64,000 bases of DNA from assembly GCF_006345805.1 (NCBI RefSeq), contig NC_043004.1:100750001-100814000 (forward strand), written 5' to 3'. The notes below the pieces were generated by a model, which had not been told where the DNA came from, made no database searches, and saw only the letters and a program-made list of their open reading frames with translations. Within the stretch, counting starts at the first letter, position 1. Every line of letters starts with the position of its first letter. Shown here in pieces: positions 41,651 through 52,343 of the stretch. The DNA is from Octopus sinensis. Its lineage: Eukaryota. The translations under genes and the position numbers were made by a program.

Positions 41651-41860
41651 GTGGAGGCGCGTGGCTAAGTGGTTAGTGTGTTGAACTCGTGATCGTAAGA
41701 TTGTGGTTTCGATTCCTGGATCGGGCGATGCGTTGTATTCTTGAGCAAAAAAATTTCATTTTCACGTTGTTCCAGTCCACTCAGCTGGCAAAAATGAGTA
41801 ATCCTTCGACGGACAGGTGTCCCATCCAGGTGGGGAATTTCTGCTCCACTGAAACCGGGA
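41651..41860 (+). mobile_element. SINE family D (tRNA head plus V/CORE-like body)
   Basis: GGAGGCGCGTGGCTAAGTGG head; TTGAGCAA..CCAGTCCACTCAGCTGG; V-domain-like GACAGGTGTCCCATCCAGG. Confidence 0.75.
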
Positions 41861-42649
41861 ACATTCAAGAAGGAACATTTTTCTCTTTTTTTAATCTTGC
41901 AAAAGAGAAATCAAATGAAAAACATACCTCGTTTTAATCGGTATCACAAGCATTTTCTTCCAAACTTGTTTTTTCAATGCATTCCTATTGAGTGTGTGAT
42001 TAAGCAGTTGCTTCGTAACCACGTAGTTCTGAGCGCAATCCCATTACGCAGTAGTCTGGTTGTCTTCTACCATAAAATCAAAAGATTGTTAATCGAATTT
42101 GATAGACGGGAGTTGTTAAAAACGTTCGTATTTACACCCTACTACATGCTCTCTTTCACACACACATACACACATACATACACACACGCAAGCACACCCT
42201 CACACACACACACACATTTATACATATGTGACTGTCTGCAAGGTTTGTGTCTTAAATAACGGTATGGTTTATATAACTACTCTGTATGTCTCATAACCCA
42301 GTAATTCGAAAAACAAAACTTCCACGGCGAAAGCATTGTTCCTTAATTCAAAGAGTGAAACCAGTAACAGAATGAGGATTCACAAATAAATATATATATA
42401 TATAGCGGGGAAACTATGTATGTTTATATATCTACCTCTATGTGTGTGTATGAGTGCCTGTGTGTGCACATTATTTCGGGGTCGATAGATTAAGTACCAG
42501 TTGCTTACTATGGTCGATCTAATCGACTAACCTCATCCTGAAAAATTTCAGGCCTTGCGCCTATAGTAGAAAGGATTACTGTCATTATATTAATTATTAT
42601 TATTGATTATAAGTATTATCATTATGAAGATTGGTATTAATTTTGTCGG

Positions 42650-42840
42650 GATTTTTGGTGAACCGCTAAGTTATAGGTACGTCCAAAATGCAAAACAAGT
42701 CGTCAAAACTTGTTGCAGGACAAATCTACTCAAAAGGCTTTGGTTGGTGTATGGCTTTAGTTGAAGACAACAGCCTAAGGTGCCACGCAGTGAGACAAAA
42801 CTCGAAATCTTGTGATTGAGAAGCAAATGGCTTACCGCCG
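42650..42840 (-). mobile_element. Diverged SINE family A
   Basis: GAACCGCTAAGTTA, GAAGACA..AAGGTGCCACGCAGTG. Confidence 0.55.
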
Positions 42841-42963
42841 AACAACACATACACACACACATAGACACACTTACACACACAAACTCACACACACAAATAT
42901 AAATATATATGAGTGTGTTTGTATGTATATACGTATATGTATATCTACATATATATATATTAT

Positions 42964-43009
<46 letters not shown>

Positions 43010-43603
43010 TATGTATTTATATATGTATATATACATATCTGAAAGTCTATGAGGTTTGCTTAATACAGTTTTTGAAGTGAGGTGACTTTTTTAAAAAGTT
43101 ATTTTTTTTTTAATATTATGAACAGCGAGATATTTGTTGAAAAAGTAACATGAGGAAGCGCAGTCTACACTTCTGATGCAAAATAATTGATTGTACAGCA
43201 TCTCACGTATGACTTATAGGTGCAGAATAAATTGAAACACTTGTGGTGAAACTGAATAGAGAATTTCACGAATTCCATCTTCTGTCACTGATGTATATAT
43301 AGATATATATATATATAAGGACAAGATCGTTATCTAAATACCGATCTTATCAGGTGGCCTGCATGGGAATAAAAGCCTTCAAAGGTAATAATTATTATTA
43401 AAATTATAATTTAGGGTATCTAAGAGATACCACGACGCTGGAAATAGCTGCAAAAAAAAACTTGACTCTCAAAACCACATTAAATGTTCATACAGCACCA
43501 GGAGAGAAGACAAAGAGACAAAATAAACTAGCAAAAAATTACTGGGTAATTCCAGATCCCGGATGTTTGGCTTTGCATAAGAAATGCTCTGCCTTCATCA
43601 GTG

Positions 43604-43645
<42 letters not shown>

Positions 43646-44113
43646 ATATTGTTATATTTCGGGGCAGTCGTCTTTTTCCTGCCAAATACACACACACACA
43701 CACTATATATTCCTTCACCACTTGTTTATTATTGTACTTATTTTATCTTATGTCCATTGTCTGGAATTCTTTCGTCACAGTCCTGTGACCTCTTCAATGA
43801 CTCTCCCATCACATGTATGTCCTCCTGTTATATATAGTCCATTCTGTTTTCCTATGCTGTGTACTGTTATCTGCGTATACAATTGCGATTGTATCTGTGT
43901 ATGTGTATGCGGGCGTGTGTGTACGCGTGTCTATGAGTTTTGTGTGTGTGTTTTATATGTGCATGTATATGAGATTGCTTACAATATTGTTTATATCCGT
44001 GCCTTTTATATAGTTTTTTTGTCTTTCATTTATATATATTTATTTATCTGTATTTCTTATATTTCATTATAAATATGTTTATGCGTGTCTTTTGCGTCTG
44101 GGTTTATGTTTTA

Positions 44114-44499
44114 CTAGCAGTATCACCCGGCGTTGCTCGGGTTTGTAAGGGAAATAACTATAAAGGATTTTTTAGACAGTTATGGCCAAAAAATAGCAAA
44201 AAAATGGGAAAAAAAAGATGGTAAATTTTTTTTTGATAGTTAAAAAGGTCGAGTTGCGTCCCCATGACCATCTGTGGTTTGTATTTCTGATTGTCGACCC
44301 CATGTTGAATTTATCGATCTTTTTCAGAACTGGGGGAACTTTTCAAAATTTTCGCTGCGTTAGTTTTGAATTATGACATTGGGCTATGTGTGTGTCAAGT
44401 TTCATCAGAATCGGTTGAAAGCCGTGGTCAGAGTGAGGGTACAAGCAAACAGACACACAGAAACACACACAGACAAACTGCCGTTTATATATAGAGAGA
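44114..44499 (-). mobile_element. Non-autonomous Helitron (Lep1-like architecture)
   Basis: Minus strand: 5'-TC start, 3' hairpin CCCGAGCAACGCCGGG then CTAG end, inserted between A (44500) and T (44113); GTCT/CA microsatellite near the 5' end. Confidence 0.85.
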
Positions 44500-44559
44500 T
44501 ACTGTTTGTATCAGTTTCTCCTTCTGTCATTAGTCGTCGTGTTGCGTAGTGTGGTGTTG

Positions 44560-45130
44560 GCTTGTTCCTGTTCCGTTCATGTTGTCATTTGTGGCCTCTA
44601 ATCTGACCAACAAGTGTCATGTCTGTTTTATACGCTGATGATACTTTAACCTCTTTGTTCTGTTTGGGCATGTTGATAGAGCACTGACGAGATTTTCTTC
44701 TCCTTGAGCTCCCGCCAGTGTCGCCTATTCGCTCCCCTATGCTGTGTCTTGTCTCTCCAATGTAAGTTGTTGTGTTGTTTCTGCACCGTTCCTCTGGACA
44801 TCGTAGGCTCTACACTACACCCCTTATCTTACATTTAACCCGTGGGTTCATCTTACATACTATACAGTTGTTCTCCGTACATGGGAACCTAGAGAAGGGA
44901 TATGTCCTACAGACCAGGGATTTTATGGGGGTTCCTGGCCTTTCTATTACTTTAATCCGTAGACTTACCTTATCAAACGCTTTTCTGAAAAGATATGATA
45001 GTTCCTTGTCATATTATGAGTTAGCCTTATTTATCTTCTTCTCGGTTCTTTCTATACTGCTCCAGGATTTACTCCTGTATGGCGAGATAGGTAGGTGAAC
45101 GTATATATATTCCAAGGTAGACCATTGTTT
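44560..45130 (-). pseudogene. PLE GIY-YIG endonuclease remnant with C-x4-C-x2-C-x7-C linker (Neptune-like)
   Basis: PFSRFPCTENNCIVCKMNPRVKCKIRGVV*SLRCPEERC..TYIGETRHSIGERI-HWRELK. Confidence 0.8.
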
Positions 45131-45506
45131 TTGCAGGTAGGTCGCTAAAATGTTGCGCAGAGGATCGCATACTTTCAACACGAATGCCATAGAGTATTTG
45201 AATATTCAGTTCTATATTTGATTGCATAACATTAGCTCACGTCTATGAAACTAAAATTAAACAATCTATTCAATTGCTTCAATTATGAGTTAATCAGAAT
45301 CTCTGAACGTCGAAATGTTTCATTAATTTTGCAAAATTTTTGATTCAAAATACAGTGTAGTAGTAATATTACATGGATATATTTTTGTAGATGTTAATAC
45401 AAAACCTGAGCAAGGCCAAATACTGCAGCTAGCATTTGCTTACATGGATACATTCATATATATTTCTATATGTGTGCATGTGTCTGAAGGGGTAAGCTTT
45501 GTATTA

Positions 45507-45736
45507 TATTTCTTTACTACCAGCAAGGGACTAAACACAGAGAGGACAAACAAGACAGACAAATGGATTAAGTTGATTATATCGACTCCAATGCGTAACT
45601 GGTACTTAATTTATCGACCCCGAAAGGATGTAAGGCAAAGTCGACCTCGGCGGAATTTGAACTCAGAACGTAACGGCAGACGAATTACCGCTAAACATTT
45701 CGCCCGGCGTGCTAACGATTCTGCCAGCTCACCGCC
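45507..45736 (-). mobile_element. SINE family B, full length
   Basis: Reverse complement of 23761-23993. Confidence 0.85.
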
Positions 45737-46550
45737 CCCTGAAGGAGTAAGCATTGTAATAACAAGTAGAAAATGTTATAAACGTGCCAAATATGGTAAA
45801 TGACAACTACCTGGGCATAGTTCTCTGGGATATGACAGTCAAAGCTGGCAAAGATATCAAGGTAAACCGTCCAAGCATAATCAAGAATTGGAGAGAGTAC
45901 ATGCTTATTGATAGACATCGTAAGCCTTTCGGACCAAAATATTGCTGGAAAAGAAATGGGAAAACTGTCAAAATACATAGAATTTCAAATCAAAATGTTT
46001 AAAATGAAGTGAGCGAAGTTGAAAACTGTACAAATAATAAATGAATCATTGGGTATGTGATAAAGCAAAAACATATGAATATTAAACATAGAAGCCATGC
46101 CAAGAGTCACAACACTATACACTGCCTGAAACTGACTCTACTTCTAAGAACAGACATGTTGAGCAAGACATTAATGATTCAAATGCATAGCTCAAATAAA
46201 ACAATATTCAAGCAAATGCTAACACTCACCTTATATAATAAGCACTTAACAAAATAAAACAGCACAACATATACGCTCTACAAGCTAAACCGTCAATGCG
46301 GTAACGCAACTCATATTACACATATCCAGTACAAAAGGCAAAGCAAAAACGATAATGTTGCACGTGAATGAAAAGGCTAAATTTCACGACCAAACTGGTA
46401 CTGGACACTGAAAACAGTAAAGTATACTCACGCAAGCCTCCACAAATGTAAGCACACACAATGCTATACACACCACAGAAACACTATTGTCCAAACAGTT
46501 ACAGTATAAACACTCGCATGAAGCTACCAACGAAGTACTATACTACTACT

Positions 46551-46582
<32 letters not shown>

Positions 46583-46586
46583 ATAC

Positions 46587-46629
<43 letters not shown>

Positions 46630-46819
46630 CCTTTCTACTATAAGCACAAGGCTTGAAATTTTGGGGGTCGGGGCAAATACAGGCAAATATATTATCATTT
46701 GCCTTGCATTCTTTTGGACCTATGTTATAAAATACCGATTGAGCATTGAAGTCGATTTTACCATCTTAGCTCCTCTCCTAACATTCCTGGCCTCGTGCCA
46801 AAATTTGAAATAATTATTA

Positions 46820-47182
46820 TTACATCCGCCTTCGCTAAGGTGGAGGTATTGTTTTCAGTCGTGTTTGTTTGTTTGTCTGTCCGTGGACAAGATATCTCAA
46901 GAACCGGTGGGTGGATTCGGATGAAACTTTCAGGGATGTTTGGCGTCGTGACTGGCACGAACTGATTACATTTTTGGGATCGATCTGGTACCGGACAAGG
47001 ATTCTGGATTATTTTTCCGGCTTTTTAACTTAATTTTTGAGAGCGGTCGGGTTCATTTTTAGTATTCTTGTTTGTGAGAGTAGTCGAGTTTATTTCAGAT
47101 ATTCTCATTTCAAAAACCATCGACTAATTGTTGAGAGGACGTTGGTGTCCCCTTGGCGAAAGTTTGCGCTCTTTGAGTACTT
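46820..47182 (+). mobile_element. Helentron-associated HINE-like element, copy 1
   Basis: TT-flanked; 5' hairpin CCGCCTT-CGCT-AAGG(T/C)GG, GTTT/GTCT microsatellite, 3' CCTTGGCGAAAGTTTGCGCTCT. Confidence 0.65.
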
Positions 47183-47332
47183 CGACCCCAGAGCATAACT
47201 GGTACTTATTTCTTCGACCTCGAAAGGATGAAAGGTAAAGTCGACCTCGGCGGAATTTAAACTCAGAACGTGAAAGCAGTCGAATTGCTGCCAAGCATTT
47301 TACCTGGAATGCTAACGATTCTGCCAGCTCGT
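47183..47332 (-). mobile_element. SINE family B partial (spacer of the inverted duplication)
   Basis: CGAAAGGATGAAAGG..GTCGACCTCGGCGGAATT. Confidence 0.75.
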
Positions 47333-47367
47333 TACCTGCACGCCCTAATAATAATAATAGTAAAAAG

Positions 47368-47729
47368 AGTATTCAAAGAGCGCAAACTTTCGCCAAGGGG
47401 ACACCAACGTCCTCTCAACAATTAGTCGATGGTTTTTGAAATGAGAATATCTGAAATAAACTCGACTACTCTCACAAACAAGAATACTAAAAATGAACCC
47501 GACCGCTCTCAAAAATTAAGTTAAAAAGCCGGAAAAATAATCCAGAATCCTTGTCTGGTACCAGATCGATCCCAAAAATCTAATCATTTCGTGCCAGTCA
47601 CGACGCCAAACATCCCTGAAAGTTTCATCCGAATCCACCCACCGGTTCTTGAGATATCTTGTCCACGGACAAACAAACAAACAAACACGACTGAAAACAA
47701 TACCTCCGCCTTAGCGAAGGCGGATGTAA
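47368..47729 (-). mobile_element. HINE-like element, copy 2 (inverted duplicate)
   Basis: Reverse complement of 46820-47182. Confidence 0.65.
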
Positions 47730-48046
47730 TAATAATTATTTCAAATTTTGGCACGAGGCCAGGAATGTTAGGAGAGGAGCTAAGATGGTAAAATCGACTT
47801 CAATGCTCAATCGGTATTTTATAACATAGGTCCAAAAGGATGCAAGGCAAATGATAATATATTTGCCTGTATCTACATGTATATATATATATACGTATGT
47901 ATGTATGTATGTATATATATGAATATATATATACATATATATATATACACACACGCACGTGCAAACACATATATTTATGTATATATGTAACTTTTGTAAC
48001 TTTATATGTACATATGTGCGCTTTTATATATATATATACACACATA

Positions 48047-48086
<40 letters not shown>

Positions 48087-48803
48087 TATGTGTATGTATA
48101 TATATATACATACATACATATATATGAATATGTATATACAAGTATACATACATACATATACATGTATATACATAAATATACAGTAATGATTGCCAAAATT
48201 AAGTTAATTAGGAACACATATATAGAATTAATACAACCAATTATTAGTTAATAACGTAGCAAATTGAATTGAAAATGAAGAGATATACGAATGTCTATGT
48301 TAATAAACTTGTACAAAGCATATATGTCGTGCGATATAGTTTGTATTGGGTCTGTCGTGACATTATTTCGTTATACGATTGCTTGGGATTATAAAACCGA
48401 TGTGTATTTTTTTTTTTTTTGGCTAAGGGTCAGTAGTTCAACCAGTAGTTCAATTAGGCAACTGATTGGGAGTTAACAGAGCTGTGGGATTTCGAATCCC
48501 TGCCTATCAGATCTATCTGCTTATCTATGAATCTTTTTTTCTTTTTTTCTTTACTTCTTTCTGTCTTACTGTCCTCCTTTCCTTCTTTCTTTCTTTCTTT
48601 CTTTCTGTCCTTTTCCCTTTATTTCATTCTGTCATTCTTTCTTATTCTTTCTCTCTCTCTCCCCTCACTCTTGCTAAAAGTTTCTTTGGTTAGAAAGACA
48701 TGTGTATGAGTGTGTGTGCGCGCGCAAGTGTTCATGCATGTGTAAATGTGTATTTTTCTGTATATATATATATATATATGTAAATATGTGTATATATATG
48801 TAT

Positions 48804-49110
48804 ATCACGTGATCACGTGACCGACCAGACCATCAGATGTTGCTACACATCGCTGGTCACAATGCGTTCGCATTGTTTTAGCCTTTGAATGATGCAACCC
48901 AGTTGGCTAAGCAAGCAGGACAACAGAAGAAAGAGTGAGAGAAAGAATGGTGAAAGAGTACAGCAGGGATCACCACCCCCTGCCGGAGCATCGTGGAGCT
49001 TTTAGGTGTTTTCGCTCAATAAACACTCACAACGCCCGGTCTGGGAATCGAAACCGCGATCCTACGACCGCGAGTCCGCTGCCCTAACCACTGGGCCATT
49101 GCGCCTCCAC
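48804..49110 (-). mobile_element. SINE with family-C head and a different 3' tail
   Basis: About 190 bp matches family C, then an unrelated tail ending TCACGTGATCACGTGAT. Confidence 0.8.
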
Positions 49111-49123
49111 ATATATGTAAACA

Positions 49124-49178
<55 letters not shown>

Positions 49179-49185
49179 TATAATA

Positions 49186-49426
49186 AAATAATGCGCCCTT
49201 TTAAAGTTTTAGCCAGGCTCATGGACCCGGTTTCCCTAGTTTCAATGGCGTATGTGTTCCCCAGCTGGACGGGACGCCAGTCCATTGCAGCGTTAGTCAT
49301 TTTTGCCAGCTGAGTGGACTGGAGCAACGTGAAATGAAGTGTTTTGCTCAAGAAAACAACGCATTCGAAACCGCAATCTTACGATCATGATGCTGACACC
49401 CTAACCACTAAGCTACGCGCCTCCAC
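49186..49426 (-). mobile_element. SINE family D
   Basis: Homologous to 41651-41860; V-domain-like TGGACTGGCGTCCCGTCCAG on minus strand. Confidence 0.75.
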
Positions 49427-49747
49427 CATATATATATATATATTATATATATACACACACACACACACACAAACAAAAGTCAAGCACACACATACGCTTA
49501 CCCACATTCATATGTATGCAAGTATATTCCTGGAGGGTATATACGATCAAATAAACATCAGTTATTATTTTAAGTCTGTTACTTACACCCACCGCTCTCT
49601 CTTTATGCAACCGCTAAGCCATACGCACGTAAACAAACCAGCACCGGAGGTCATTGAGTGCCGAGAAGCAAATACAATTACGAACCACATACACACACAC
49701 TCTTACACTTACACATTCACAGATGCATATGATATATAAACATTCAT

Positions 49748-49800
<53 letters not shown>

Positions 49801-49974
49801 ACTTCAAATATTAAATCAAAGGTTTAAAGTGATATGAACCATGAAGAGCAGTATGATAGTAAGGCTGCAAGGTGGTAACTGCAACTGTTATTAATCGATG
49901 CAGTAGTAACATGTGATGTCTATTTGAAGAAGTGAGAATATATATATATAGCTATATTATATATATATATATAA

Positions 49975-50907
49975 TATTGTATAGAGGGCTTTTCGAACTC
50001 ATGGTCGGATAAGAAAAAAGTATGTCGGAATAAATTTATCAATTAAAGGGATAACTTTTAATTAAGGAATTCTTAACAAGAATTATCAGGTAGTTAGCGT
50101 GAAAACCTCATAAAAGAAAAGAATTCGAACATAATTTTTTTTTGAACAATTAATTATATCTATATTGTATAGGGCATTATTACACCATAAATGCTCACAC
50201 TAAGAGGGACAAAGTCATTACTACCAATATTACACTAATCATACCTAATGCAGTTCTTCAAAGCAAAACATTTAAAAAATGAATTTAGTTCTGTATCACC
50301 GTGATTTCACATTTAACTTACGTCTTATGATCCTCAGCAGAACTGATTCTGAACACATCATAAATAAACCACCAACCTAACTACCTGATAATTTCTTGTT
50401 AAGATTCCTTATTAAGAAGTTATCCTTAATTGATAAATTTATTCCGAAATACTTTTCCTTACCCGACATGCAGTTCGAAAAAGCCCGCCATTTACCGCAT
50501 ATATGATTTATAAACATTGCACGTGCTTGGCCGGAGTGAATAGATGTCTGTTCGTCTTCGCTAGGTAAGGTTGGTGGTTTATTTATGATGTGTTCAGAAT
50601 CAGTTCTGCTGAGGATCATAAGACGTAAGTTAAATGTGAAATCACTAAATTCATTTTTTAAATGTTTTGCTTTGAAGAACTGCATTTAGGTATGATTAGT
50701 GTAATTTTGGTACTTTTGGTATTAATGACTTTGTCCCTCTTAGTGTGAGGCATTTATGTGTAATAATGCCCTCTATACAATATAGATATAATTAATTTGT
50801 TCAAAAGAAAAAAATTATTTTCGAATTCTTTTCTTTTATGAGGTTTTCACGCTAACTACCTGATAATTTCTTGTTAAGATTCCTTATTAAGAAGTTATCC
50901 TTAATTG

Positions 50908-50913
<6 letters not shown>
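49975..50913. mobile_element. ORF-less hammerhead-containing element (retrozyme-like/non-autonomous PLE); head-to-head inverted pair in (TA)n
   Basis: 62-bp direct repeat 50377-50438 = 50852-50913; inverted permuted copy 49990-50378. Confidence 0.75.
50287..50344 (-). ncRNA. Type-I hammerhead ribozyme motif
   Basis: AGTTCTG CTGAGGA [TCATAAGAC-GTAA-GTTAAATGT] GAAA TCAC-G-GTGA TA^CAGAACT; 7-bp stem I. Confidence 0.7.
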
Positions 50914-50958
<45 letters not shown>

Positions 50959-51059
50959 CGGAGTAAACACATAAGCGAAACAAGGTGGAAAAAAAGAGTA
51001 CTCAAATACCAGGGGTAGAGTAATATGCTTTATTTAAAAGCAGCAGAAATTCAACAAAA

Positions 51060-51097
51060 CTGTCCGACGAAAGGGAACGTGAAACTCCGAGTAACAG
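51060..51097 (+). ncRNA. Minimal hammerhead motif, C4 variant, inside a 33-bp perfect inverted repeat
   Basis: CTGT CCGACGA AAG-GGAA-CGT GAAAC TCCGA GTA^ACAG; arms 51028-51060 and 51098-51130. Confidence 0.6.
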
Positions 51098-51277
51098 GTT
51101 TTGTTGAATTTCTGCTGCTTTTAAATAAAGTATATATATATATATTTATGTGTGTGTGTGTGTGTGTGTGTGTATGCATGTATGTATATAAATGTATATA
51201 TATATTAAGGAATTAAAGGTAATGCTAATGCTACTTCACAATAATCCTTACTATTATTATTATTATTATTATTATTA

Positions 51278-51318
<41 letters not shown>

Positions 51319-51372
51319 GTTGTTGTTGTTGTTATCATTCTTATTTACCTGTCTGTTTATTTCTCTATCTAT

Positions 51373-51458
<86 letters not shown>

Positions 51459-51802
51459 ATCTGTCTCTCTATTCAATTCTCGATAGTTTCTCTTTATTAA
51501 ATTCCACCCCACCCCCACCCACACGCAAGGAATTGGTTATCTCGAGGTTATCGCAGAAAAAGAGACCTGTGCAGCATCTACACAGTGGCACTAAATCGAA
51601 ACCAAGAGATTTACAAAGCAAACTTATTACTCACACACCTATGTGTGGTTTTTGGTCATTTTTATTCCGAATGTGTCCATCCGCTGTCATTCGAGAGAGC
51701 CAATAACTGTTTCTGACAAATGTGCAAGGCATGTGACATTGAGGGGTGGGACTGGGTCATGAATCGACCCAAGGATTTGTCTGCTCTCTCTCTTTTCTCT
51801 CT

Positions 51803-51906
51803 TTTACTCTTTTACTTGTTTCAGTCATTTGACTGCGGCCATGCTGGAGCACCGCCTTTAGTCGAGCAAATCGACCCCGGGACTTATTCTTTGTAAGCCC
51901 AGTACT
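51803..51906 (-). mobile_element. SINE family A tail
   Basis: Matches 13623-13725. Confidence 0.8.
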
Positions 51907-52099
51907 AAACCTAGTGTACGAGTACAATATATTTAGATTGTTCTAATACCAATTTATGACAGTTAAGAAGATTGATTGATGCACTTTGGTCTGCGAATGA
52001 GGAATAAACGAGCCTTAGGTTAGTTAAATATGTTTGTGACATATTTTAAATTCTAACAGGCAAATTTATTGCAGTTACCGTGGAGAAAATATTCTTTCT

Positions 52100-52343
52100 T
52101 ACGGTATAAGGTGTAGAAACACCATATCTTCTCAATGACTTTCCTAAGTGGACACTCAGATGCGTTTCTGGCACCTTAGCCTTTCTCAGTACGAGATACC
52201 GAAAAGAAACAACCTTGGGCAGATATGGTGTTATTTCTCTTCGGTATTTCCTGCTGAGAAAAGTTAAGGAGCCAGAAACGTGTTTGGAAATCTACTAAAG
52301 GGAGACACTGGGAAGATATGGTGTTTTTACTCATTTTACCATA
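52100..52343. mobile_element. Fold-back MITE-like element
   Basis: AAACACCATATCTTC(T/C)CA pairs with its complement near 52310; inner CGTTTCTGGC..TTTCTCAG..ATACCGAA pairs with TTCGGTAT..CTGAGAAA..GCCAGAAACG. Confidence 0.55.

Noticed and set aside
43318-43360. Hammerhead-like CCAC CTGATAA GATCG...CGATC on the minus strand
   Set aside because: G8 altered and no GAAA, stem III or cleavage site follows.
50377-50685. 102-aa ORF in the retrozyme-like element
   Set aside because: Antisense to the hammerhead strand, disrupted in the partner copy, no recognisable motif.
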